Origin: Mayamaea pseudoterrestris
Lineage: Eukaryota
Length of the DNA: 64,000 bases
Reading direction: 5' to 3'
NCBI GenBank assembly: GCA_027923505.1
Contig: BROI01000001.1
Coordinates: 992,001 to 1,056,000, forward strand
Positions 11,242 to 21,268 of the stretch are shown here, in pieces. How positions within the stretch are numbered: position 1 is the first letter of the stretch; each line of letters starts with the position of its first letter. Both the position numbers and the translations under genes were made by a program. The notes beneath the pieces were generated by a model, which saw only the letters and a program-made list of their open reading frames with translations, did no database searches and had not been told where the DNA came from.

Positions 11242-11644
11242 AGAAGCTTCTACATTTGAAATATTGGTTGGATGGACTGTGGAAGGAGTTGAACGCTAGC
11301 AGCTTGTCAATGGGAGAAGGCGCGCGGACAAGCTGGCGAGACGAATATGATTTAAGCTTGCTTGTGTAGCAATATATTTACTCTTGACCTACTACTTTTA
11401 TTGTAGTCCGTAGTGCATTGCTAGCTTTAGCGCATGTCACTCTTATTTGATACGCCGCTGGCCAGAGCCCAAGAAAGATGGGGGTCGCTACGTCGTAAAT
11501 ACAACGCGATAACGGCAGTCCTTCTAGTGACAACAGTAATGATACAAAGCGCTATGGCGTCATAATTACATGTAATGCTGAGAGTCGCCGTAATCGCTCT
11601 TGCTGTATGTATGTGTATAATTTAGAGTGCAGTTGTTTGCGAGA

Positions 11645-14095
11645 TTATTCTAGCTTCTTGAGTAGTGGTGATGATGGCGATGTAAGCCATGGTGGGTTCA
11701 TGTGTTCCCGATGCGTCGTTCGCGTCACCTTTGTGGTTGGGTTGCAGTGCTTTTCACCCTCACTTGTTATCTCCTGTTTGCTATGTTGCAAATAGTAGTT
11801 AAGTAGTCTTGTCGTTGCAGGATTGCCCGTGACTACCTTCTTGCCTTGCCGGCCGTCGACCAGATGATTCTTCACGTCAAGCGCAAGCTTCTTGCCGAGC
11901 TCAACTCCCCACTGGTCAAAGGAGTTAATGTCCCACATAAATCCTTGAACAGCCGTTCGATGCTCGTAAATGGCAAGCAGCTGACCGCATGTATACGCCG
12001 TCAACTTGGGGAACAAGAGAGAGAGGCTTGGTCGGTTGCCCTTAAAGACGCGATGGGCAATGAGATCCTCAGGCACTCCTTCCGCTCGGACCTCTTCGAT
12101 AGTCTTGCCAGAAGCAAGGGCGTCAGGCTGCGCGAAAAAGTTGGCCATGAGCTCGTCATGCGAGGAAAGCTTCTCCCCGTCAAGAATGTAGTCGTGCTGT
12201 GACGTGACGAAGCCGATAAAGTCGCAAGGTACAGTCTGTCCCATGTGCAAGAGCTGGTAGAACGAGTGCTGTCCATTGGTCCCAGCTTCGCCAAAATCAA
12301 TCTCGCCAACTGGATAGTCAACCTCAAGGCCTTGTTTGGTCATGCACTTGCCGTTCGATTCCATATCAAGCTGTTGAATGTGCGCCGGCAGCTTCAACAA
12401 TGCTTCCGAGTAAGGCAGGCAAGTCCGCGTCTTGTACTTCAGAAATGAATGGTTCCAAACGCCGAGCAATCCCATGAGCACAGGAATGTTTCGTTCCAGC
12501 GGCGCCGTCGTAAAATGTTCGTCAATGGACTTGGCACCTCGAAGAAACTTTTCAAAAATATCAAATCCATAGACAAGACTTATCGGAATGCCACCAACGG
12601 CGCTCGAAACACTGTAGCGTCCACCAACCCAGTCCCAAAAGCGGAAAAAGTATTGATCAGTGTCAATTCCAAACTCCTCAACCTTGTCAAGTGCAGATAT
12701 GGACGCGCAGGCGATCACGTGCTTGCGCACAACCTCGGGATCATTGCCCATGAAATCCCACAGCCACTGCCGCATTGTCCGCGCGTTGAGCATGGTTTCA
12801 GCCGTCGTAAACGTCTTGCTGACAATGACAATCATTGTCTCCTCTGGATCCAAGTCGGCGCATGTTCGTTCCACATCGACCGGATCAACGTTGCTCAAGA
12901 AACGTAGCGTATATCCGAGTGCGGCTTGGTGACCTTCCGGCTCTGTCTTCAAACACTCGTGCAGAAACTCTGTTCCAAGGTAAGAGCCACCAATTCCTAC
13001 CGAAACAATGTTTCGAATATGCTTGCCCGTGTAGCCTATAATGCTACCGTTGCGAACGCCGTCGGTAAACTCCTTGATTTGATCCAAAACGTCATGCACT
13101 TCGGCAACAACGTCCACGCCATCGACAACAATCGATCCAACCTCTGTTTTACTCGCTCGCAGTGCCGTATGCAAGACTGCACGCTGCTCCGTAAAGTTAA
13201 TCTTTTGCCCAGTCACCATGGCCTTGATTTTATCAACCAGCTGCTGCTTTTCTGCCAGCGCAAACAAGAATTTCATAGTCTCCAGACTCACGCGCTGCCG
13301 CGAGTAGTCCAAGTACACGCCGTCATGCTGTGCGTACAGCGTACTGGCGCGAACGGGATCCTGCAGCAAGTCGCGCAAATGCGTCGTGGTCAAGTATTCG
13401 GCGTGCTTTTCGAGTCTCTTCCAGTCCTGGCAGTTGGAGACGAGCTGCGGGCGGTTCATGAAGGCGCTAATGAAATTGGAAACGGGGTTGTTATTGTTGC
13501 GATTCGTGGTATCCTTGTCCGAGTCATTGTCTGATGGCGGTGGAGTAGGCGTTGGTGGTTCATTCTCGTCTTCTGGTGGCTTGTTGCCATTGTTATTTTG
13601 TTGCTGATTGCGCTTGCTTCCCCTCACGAGCTTGATGGTTGCTCGATGATGATAGTTCCATCCCTTGGTTGGCTCGACGAGTCCTCGTGGCAATGAAATC
13701 TTGGGGACAAAGGCTTCGTCCCGATATTGCACGACGGATGACGGATGATAATACTTCTTCAAGTCGTCCTTCATGTTGACAAAGGCTTCATCGGACTCAT
13801 CGTCATGATGCTTGTGATTGAGTATCGAGTAATCTTCCGTCTGAATAAGATAGTCTGACTCTTCCTCCGCCTCGAAATCAACGCCAACGCTTGTAGCAAC
13901 TCCGAGGGGATTTATTATAGATCGTTGTCTCTGCTCGTGTATATTTTTGCTGTATTGAAATTGAAAGTGACTGTCGGTAGTCGTAATTGTTCTTGATCGG
14001 CTCGTCGGAACGACTGGAGCAAAGGCATGTGATTGACTGATAGCAGCAAAGGCAGCGAGTAAACAAGTAGCAGCGTGTGAGTTTCGAGTCTTCAT
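11645..14095 (-). CDS. GPI: Glucose-6-phosphate isomerase, plastid-targeted
   Basis: Signal peptide plus SHA-FAP motif; GIGGSYLG, SKTFTTAET, DWVGGRYS, QQLDMESNGK, GTNGQHSFYQL, FDQWGVELGK. Confidence 0.96.
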   Translation of the reverse strand: MKTRNSHAATCLLAAFAAISQSHAFAPVVPTSRSRTITTTDSHFQFQYSKNIHEQRQRSIINPLGVATSVGVDFEAEEESDYLIQTEDYSILNHKHHDDESDEAFVNMKDDLKKYYHPSSVVQYRDEAFVPKISLPRGLVEPTKGWNYHHRATIKLVRGSKRNQQQNNNGNKPPEDENEPPTPTPPPSDNDSDKDTTNRNNNNPVSNFISAFMNRPQLVSNCQDWKRLEKHAEYLTTTHLRDLLQDPVRASTLYAQHDGVYLDYSRQRVSLETMKFLFALAEKQQLVDKIKAMVTGQKINFTEQRAVLHTALRASKTEVGSIVVDGVDVVAEVHDVLDQIKEFTDGVRNGSIIGYTGKHIRNIVSVGIGGSYLGTEFLHECLKTEPEGHQAALGYTLRFLSNVDPVDVERTCADLDPEETMIVIVSKTFTTAETMLNARTMRQWLWDFMGNDPEVVRKHVIACASISALDKVEEFGIDTDQYFFRFWDWVGGRYSVSSAVGGIPISLVYGFDIFEKFLRGAKSIDEHFTTAPLERNIPVLMGLLGVWNHSFLKYKTRTCLPYSEALLKLPAHIQQLDMESNGKCMTKQGLEVDYPVGEIDFGEAGTNGQHSFYQLLHMGQTVPCDFIGFVTSQHDYILDGEKLSSHDELMANFFAQPDALASGKTIEEVRAEGVPEDLIAHRVFKGNRPSLSLLFPKLTAYTCGQLLAIYEHRTAVQGFMWDINSFDQWGVELGKKLALDVKNHLVDGRQGKKVVTGNPATTRLLNYYLQHSKQEITSEGEKHCNPTTKVTRTTHREHMNPPWLTSPSSPLLKKLE

Positions 14096-14985
14096 TTTTA
14101 TTTCAATGGCAGGTAGATTATAGAAATATTCGGGTTAATGATGCAGCGGAGAAACTGAGCTGATCGTGTCGAACTCGGTGGAAGATGAGGTACTCGTACG
14201 ACTCGGAACGATTGACTCGCAAAATGCTTTTCGGCAGCGTCACCCAAGTCTATTGAAATGACTTTTTCAAGCAAGAAGCTCTCGTTCGCAGTCGCTGAAG
14301 CCGATAGACAAAAAGACAAACGGCTAAATTGGCATACGCATCAAGTCCATGGTGTCAAGGCAGTGCGTTGCGCCGTCGAAGCGCAACAGCCTCTCTTCGA
14401 CGGCCGAAAACGAACCCTCTATGAGTCTAGCCATTGCACTCTGAGTTCGTCAATCCTCTCTTTGCTTGAACGCCGTCATTGTGACTGTGTATTGTCGCAT
14501 ATTGCTTGCATAAACATGCCGAAAAAGGGTCATGCGAGGCCTCCATCCAATGATTGGTACACTTTCTACGCAACTCTACGTGAAGAGGTCCCAAAGAAGG
14601 ACGACTCACTTGCACGACGAAATATCGACGAATGCGAGCAAGCTTACCTTGATATAACTCCTATTATCAGTGCAAATTGTATATATATCCTCCGTCGCAT
14701 GTCTATGAAGCAAATTCCTTGTTGTTGACTATTGTAATTCGCCATGGTCGTGCCCGATGGTGCTCCGTGCGACTGCGCCTACCGGCATTGGATGGAAGAA
14801 CAACCCTATCCCTACTCGGGAATCTTTATTGGTTCGGCTGATTCAACTTGCGAACGGTGAAACCACTGCGACGGTACCAAAGAATTTGTGAGGGTTTTGA
14901 TATCGGCTGGCTCGCAAGACACGCCTCAAGTCGCGCTCGCCAAAATTTCCTTCGTCGTCGTCTTGGGCACACACACAAGTCGACC

Positions 14986-15567
14986 ATGGAGGAGACACAC
15001 GAGTCCACCAGCCAGTCTCCTTTCTCTCGGTCGTCTCCTCTTGTAAAGCGCTTGCGCTTTAGTTCTTCGGGATCGGATATCCATTGGTCTCCCAAATTTG
15101 ACTTGTCACTGCTCGAGCTGCCGAACTCAGGAGGGTTTCAAACACCGCCGCAGTCTCCTCGCATTCTCGTTGCACCCGGTGCCCCATGCCGCGGCGGCCG
15201 GAACATGATTGTTGATGAACCGGATGTTGGAGATGCCGACTATGCTCGGTTTCGTCATCATTCATTGCATCGGACGGGGACTATGAAAACGTATGAGCGC
15301 GTGCTTGAGCGAGTTCGGCAGGAGCTTGGTGGAAAGGAACGCGGAAAGATGTCGCCTCACTCCAAATGCAGCGGGCAAACTGTAAACAGTGTTTTTGAAT
15401 TGGAGCACCAAGACGACTGGCGCAACGAATGGTTTCCTGACGATGCCTCCGAGCAAGACCAGCATGGCCGAGAGGAGCTCTGTCGCAATCAAGTCGTCAA
15501 GAATTCGACGAATGGCGGGTCACGCGAGCTCGGACATTATCAAGACAAGCATGAGCTCCTTGGGTAG
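14986..15567 (+). CDS. Hypothetical low-complexity protein with several SP/TP sites
   Basis: 193-codon ATG-initiated ORF in good context (ACCATGG); no recognised domain. Confidence 0.5.
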   Translation: MEETHESTSQSPFSRSSPLVKRLRFSSSGSDIHWSPKFDLSLLELPNSGGFQTPPQSPRILVAPGAPCRGGRNMIVDEPDVGDADYARFRHHSLHRTGTMKTYERVLERVRQELGGKERGKMSPHSKCSGQTVNSVFELEHQDDWRNEWFPDDASEQDQHGREELCRNQVVKNSTNGGSRELGHYQDKHELLG

Positions 15568-15794
15568 CTCCGTCACCTTGACGTTGGATGCTTTTGCGCT
15601 TTGGCAAGCCTTCGCATAAGTGTGTGACATAGTCACATGTGCTGCGGAAAGGGATGACATGTTGAACGAATGAAGAAGTAATAATATCGTGTGCGTGGCG
15701 GCGTAAATATTCACTAGAATAACGACATTCATAATAGAAAAAGTGGAAGATAGAGTACTTTTGCCGCCTCCAGCCAGCGTGTATATTATTGTGG

Positions 15795-16295
15795 TTGTGG
15801 TAGGATATATCCGGATACGACTTACGTACCGGTATGCTTCACGACATTAATTGGTGCACACCCACTGCGACGCAGATGACGTCAATCGCACAATGACCCC
15901 TCACATTGACCGTGCTACATAGCTATCCCAAAGCACAATGTTTTACAGTAGGAGTATGCTCTCAAAGAGTCATTGATTCCCATTTGAATTCTGCAATTTG
16001 TTCCATATACCAGTAGTTAAAAGTTGTTGTTATAACCCATCAAATCTTGCTTTGAAGGCCAGTGTCAATTTTACTGTCTACTGCTTGGCAGTGTTTGTTA
16101 GCTATCCCAGACACATTGCTATGCTTTAGGAGTATGCTCTCAGAGAGCCATCAAATACCACTCAATTACTGCAATCTCTAGCCTCTTCGTCTGTTCCATA
16201 TAGACTAAAATTGTTGGCACCACTGTTTGACAGTCTTTCTTTGCGTGCGCGGAGCGCGTAAAAGGCTTTGTGAAACCATTGTATCCTGCCACCCT
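15795..16295. repeat. Left part of an old dispersed repeat; continues at 21113-21130 and is paralogous to ~52589-52875
   Basis: Blocks shared with the 52.6-52.9 kb copy: TTGTGGTAGGAT(A/C)TATCCGGA, ATGCTTCACGACATTAATTG, GCGC-G(G/A)A-GCGC and ATCCT(G/A)CCACC. Confidence 0.75.
15920..16218 (+). repeat. Degenerate direct duplication, two ~110-bp copies about 180 bp apart
   Basis: TAGCTATCCCA...TAGGAGTATGCTCTCA(A/G)AGAG...CTGCAAT...TGTTCCATATA occurs at 15920-16030 and 16099-16218. Confidence 0.75.
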
Positions 16296-16309
16296 CAAGG
16301 GGGATAAAT

Positions 16310-16432
16310 TTTCTCAAAGGGTGCATCGTCACTCGTCCACTCCTTCGGTTAGCGCCCCTTCACCACGCTTCTTAAATCTTGCCGTCTTCGCGTCCGCCCT
16401 CTTGGTTTGGGTTCTCATCGATGCTCCAACCA
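16310..16432 (-). repeat. Degenerate, truncated 3' LTR of the copia element
   Basis: Aligns with many indels to 20266-20393 (shared TCCACTCCTTCGGTT, CCGTCTTCG, GGTTTGG..TTCTCATC..ATGCTC). Confidence 0.8.
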
Positions 16433-16479
16433 CACTCCTTTGGGCAGTGTGCTCGAGGCCAGATTCATAACCAGGTTGC

Positions 16480-19400
16480 GGCTTGCCAAACTGGGCTGCA
16501 ATGGTTTCGTGAAGGAAATCCGCGACCATGTCTCCGCTGCTTCAACCACGCTGTCGCTGCGTCAAGTACCGAACATTCATGTGTCGCGTGCGCTTTGTTG
16601 AGCTTCTGCCATTCTTTTCCAACAGCATTGAACTCATATTGTCTTGGTACAATTTTCTGTCTTGCCCCGGACTTGCGCCTTCAGAGTACCATCGCTGTAA
16701 TTCAGGTGCAACTGCGGTAGCACATCATGAACTCCCACGACTTCACTCTCCGTCGAGCTTCTTGTTACCAACTTCTGTTTAGCCGACGTACTGTACACTG
16801 ATCCTTGACCAAGTGTCATTGTTCCACCAGTGTGACCCTTCATGTCTGGGTGTACCGCGTACGACGCATCCACCCACCACTGGACTATCCCGGACTGGTC
16901 CGCCTTCAGCGTCAACACCATGTCCACGCTTCCGCGTAAATATTTAATCACTCTTGCAGCCTTCTTATAGTCGTCTTCGTCAGGCTGCTGCAGCCTCGTG
17001 CTCAAGAAAGAAATCGCTGTGCGAATATCCGGTCGCGCTCGCTGACTCAGATACAGACACTGCATCACAATCGTCACAAAAATCTGCTTCTTTGCTTCGC
17101 TCAACATGACTGGATTTTCCGAGATCTGAAACAAGTGACTGGCGGCCGGAGTAGCTGCCGTTCCATCCATGTCGTCCGGCGCATGATGAAGGATGTTCTT
17201 CACATAGTCAACCATGTTGATTGCTACTTCTCCAGGCTTAGTATAGTCCAATACCATGCCGAGGTAGTCGTGCACTTTTCCGCGTGACTTATTCATTGGA
17301 GTCTCCTTGCCGAACTCCTCATCCATCTGCGCGATGAACTCATTCACTACGCTCACGTCGACGTGTGAAATCTTCAAATCGTCCACGTGCCATCCCACGG
17401 TGATTTGCTTTCCATTGACAATCTTGTTACACACACACGGATCGTACGGGTTCTTCTCGAAGCCCCACTCAAGCAATTTTGCAGACAGCTTCTCCCAGAA
17501 TAGTCGTGCTGCTCGAAGCGTACCATAAAGCGCCATGAGTAATTCGACGTACATGACTTTCTCGCCATTCTCCATTGTGACGCAAGGCTCGTACATCTCG
17601 CGATCAATTTCCAACAGTAGCTCCACCATCTTCCCAGTGAAACGTACGTGCACCAACTCATCCATTTCCGCTTGCATGAAAGCGCCTGGTACATCAACTA
17701 CAGCAACCTCGCGCCCTTCCATAGCGTCAATGATAGCCGTCAGAAATATGGCCTCTGTCGCTATCGTTGGAGATGCTGCGTCTTCCTTTGCAGTGTATGC
17801 TCGTTGCTTGCGTCCATCCGCGCAACCGCGTCCCTTCACTGTCCCGCATCGCTTGCGCTTGAGAAACATCAAATACGCCAGCGCGTCCTTGCGCTGCTGC
17901 GGAGTCAGAGTGCACTGGGGGACTGCCTTCATGACGTGCCTGTCGTGTAGCTGCTGCATTTCCTTGCGCACTGCCTCCACTCCAGCATCGCCGAAAGCCT
18001 TTAAACCTTGTCGCATGTTCATCTGTGCCGTGACGAGTGGCTCCGACACTTCCTCTGCAGCGTCGAGCGTGAACAAATGAGCGAACGATCGAGGTTTGCG
18101 CGCACGCAGGCCATACCGACCCAGTGCGTGGGCCAACGCGCATCGAAATCCTCTTCGTCTGCAGCAGCTGGCACTCCTTCAATTTCGCCTTCATCGGGCA
18201 CTCCTTCAATTCGCCATCATCCCACGGCTGGCGCGTCGTCGAGTTCGCCGTCAATGGCCTCACATCACCAGCCTCGTCGCCCGGCACTCCTTCGATTGCG
18301 CCGTCACACCATCGTCGTCGTCGCTGTCATCGTCATCGGTCGCATTCACTCCTTCGCTTCCGCCGGCAGATCGTCGTCGCCGCGAAGCGTCGTCATCGTA
18401 ATCAGAGTCATCATCATCCTCGTCGTCATCATCGTGCGCATGACCGGCTCAGCAGCCTCCGCAACACGGTGGCGGTCCATGAACACGATGCCGGATTGGC
18501 CTTTTGTTGACGAGCGAGACGATGCACGCGCTCAATGACATCATCAGGCATGGGCAAAGGCGTAGCGTGGCTACGATTCAGGATTTTTCCCGAAGACAAA
18601 CTGAGGGAAATAAAACCCGCCCTGCACATTACCAGTCGGGCGCAGAGCCAGCGCACCAATCGTGCGCGCCTGCATGTCATTACTGTGTGACTCATGCGTT
18701 TGCACATACTGACCAAATTCATACTTGCAATGCCGATTAAAGTCAACTGTCTGACCAGTCACAATGGTGCGTGGACTGAGATCCTTCGAAATGCCACGCT
18801 CGTTCGGAAACGCATTCAACCAAAACACGGCAGACTTCGTCATCTCGATAACCAATCGTGCCGGCACGTGCTTAAACGGCAGCGTGTTGTATGTCGCGCG
18901 CACCCGTTCCTTCACGACACGGATAAAACGTTCAATTTCACCAACATGCTCTCACGTCGCATGAGAAGCATTGGGCAACTCCCATCCATCAGAGCCGCGA
19001 CGACACGGAACCCACCGCTGCGTAAATCTTCAACACAGACTCAATTGCCTTCACAAACATAACCGGAAGCGTACGGTTTTGAATCACCTCGATCGTAGCA
19101 AAACGAAATTGCTGCGGGAGAACGTCACCAACATGGGCATGCTTGCCACGACGCTGCATGATGTTGTATGCATCGTGGATTGTCAACGGGAAGTTGTCGT
19201 GCCCGTCGAGGTAGCAGTTGCGCAAGTGCTTGCAATACCCAGCGTATTCGCCCGTTGCGCCACGCACGAAAAGCATCGCAAGCTCGAGCTCTTCGGCGGC
19301 CTTGATATCCTCCTTGTTCGCCTTGTTACGATTGTCATCCTTGGCAATGTTCAGTGCCACGATCTCGTTGTGCATCGTGACGCCAACCGCCTTCGCCACG

Positions 19401-20155
19401 TCTGCCAGCGTGACCATGCTTTCATAATATTTCTGCAGGCTTTCGCGCGCTCCTTGAGTACGTCCGAACAACTCAGCTTGAATGTCCACGACTTGATCCA
19501 CAAGTTTGCAGCGCCCTTCGTACGTATGCGAGATCTCCTTGATAATCGCCAGCAACTTAATTCCGTCCGTGTCCTCCTCGGCGTCTCGGAACTTGGCGTG
19601 CGACTTGACACGATCCTTCATACGCTCCGTGCATTGTCCATACAACACGGCGTAGAGACCAGCGAGGAAGTCGGAGTACACACGCACGCGCTCGACATGC
19701 TCTTTCTTGTCGGCCTTGTATTCCTCGAGCATTATGGACCAGTCCGAGTCCGTCGTGTCGGCATCCTTCGTTGGACGCGCAGGCTCGTCAGGAATCTCCA
19801 GTTCCACGTTGCGCATGCCCTTGAGCAGCTCCTTGGTATATTTCTTGTAGGAGCGCCCGACGAAAGTGATGATCTCGTTCGTCGTGCGGATGAATCCATC
19901 GGGATCGCGCGAACCGTTGTAGTCGTAGATGAATCCAGCGAGCGTCGGCTCGCTTCCTTGGAAATTTCCACTCGGCGCACGACTCGGTCCGTTGAGTCTG
20001 CTACCATTGCCTTGATTCCCGGAACGATTCCCAGCACGATTCCCACGACGATAATGACGGTTGCGTCGGTTTCCTTCGCTTGCTGGCGGAGCGGGAGGCG
20101 CACCTCCACCGCTCGACGCCGCTCCTGTCGTCGGAGTATTGCTCGTCGAAGACAT
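16480..20155 (-). pseudogene. Disrupted gag-pol polyprotein (gag, partial integrase, RT, RNase H)
   Basis: Gag LYGQCTERMK; integrase EIERFIRVVKERVR and FWLNAFP; RT LKRKRCG, DVPGAFMQA, ALYGTLRAARLFW, WHVDDL; RNaseH VDASYAVH, SSTESEVVG, YQDNMS, HMNVRY. Several frameshifts; protease and integrase N-terminus not seen. Confidence 0.9.
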
Positions 20156-20227
20156 GTCTTTTCACTCGCTTCTTGGAGAAAATGTTGGATCTAGAATATA
20201 TCTTGCGCGCCCTTGAAGCGACACTAA

Positions 20228-20393
20228 TGATTAAGCAGAACAGAGTCAATAAAACCACTTTACTTATTTTCTCCAAGAAGTGATCGTCCTCGATCCACTC
20301 CTTCGGTTGCCGCTTACCGCGCTTACTTAAACGTGACCGTCTTCGTGACGTCACCGCTGTCGCTTCGGTTTGGTTTCTCATCCATGCTCAACA
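20228..20393 (-). repeat. 5' LTR of the copia element (166 bp)
   Basis: Minus strand TGTTGAGCATGG...CTGCTTAATCA, located 72 bp upstream of the gag ATG; homologous to 16310-16432. Confidence 0.85.
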
Positions 20394-21268
20394 CTCTTCA
20401 TCCGTTTCAGAGTACCATCGCTGTAATTCAGGTGCATTGCAAGTGCTTTTTCCTTCATTTAAAACATGACAATGGCTGCATGACGCATCCTCAACCTACA
20501 CTATCAAAGTATATGACCTTGGGACGTAAACGTTTTTATAGAAAGAGTCATAAACTTGATCCCAGATGCTTCAATGTGCCATCAATGTCTGGCTCCTGCC
20601 ATGTCGTACGAATAGAAATTGTAACAATAATAATCGTTTTGAAACAATCGGCACATCAGATACCAATAATTGAGGAAACACATGCGTAGTAGGCCATGGG
20701 AATGGTTGTTATAGTGTGCTTTTGCGTTGTCCGTCAAGGCAATTCTTCCACGTGTGTGGGGTACGATACATGACCTCAAAACTAAAAGCTGGCCTATTTT
20801 AACTTGACAGTAATGCTTTCACTAGCATATAATGACTGTTTGCAAAGTTATAGATCAAACAAAGGCTTAAAAAGGTGAATTTGAAGGGATCCTTTTACGT
20901 TCTTTATCGCGGTGCTATCGACGGCAGTTCCTCGACTTGTGTAGAATTTTGCAAAAGTCTTAGCGGTACAGCGTTTCAATCCGGTACCCAATGGTCGCTA
21001 CATAGTATTCAAGATCGTCAAACCCTAACAGTTTGTACAGTTAAAATTCACAGTAAATTTGTGGCGCCAACTTCGATGCACACCCTGTAAATTTATCCCC
21101 CTTGGCCACCCTCCCCGCCCCGCGAATGTTTTTTTTTTGTTATTTGTCGTAGCAGCACTCATGTTGAAGTCGCAGATCGGAGAAACGAAACGCGACGATC
21201 CATCAGCACTATTCGCACGACGCTCCATTCTTGTTTGTTCCCGCACAGCAAGCACGAGACAAGAAAGG

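Larger units (their letters stand above)
16310..20393 (-). mobile_element. Ty1/copia (CoDi-type) LTR retrotransposon, internally deleted and degenerate
   Basis: Domain order gag-IN-RT-RNaseH on the minus strand; intact 5' LTR 20228-20393 (TG...CA), damaged 3' LTR ~16310-16432, purine-rich PPT AAAGGAGTG before the 3' LTR. Confidence 0.93.
16296..21104. mobile_element. Non-autonomous hAT-type DNA transposon containing a nested copia insertion
   Basis: Perfect 16-bp TIRs CAAGGGGGATAAATTT (16296-16311) and AAATTTATCCCCCTTG (21089-21104); perfect 8-bp TSD GCCACCCT (16288-16295 and 21105-21112); no transposase ORF seen. Confidence 0.9.

Noticed and set aside
18971..20194. 407-aa plus-strand ORF
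   Set aside because: Antisense shadow of the copia gag ORF; no independent motifs.
20394..20398. 5-bp TSD for the copia (CTCTT)
   Set aside because: The matching copy at the other end cannot be located because the 3' LTR boundary is truncated or chimeric.
21059..21268. N-terminal extension of the PPO ORF in the ORF track
   Set aside because: Starts at a non-ATG codon inside the transposon end; the ATG at 21269 gives a proper signal peptide with ASAFAP.
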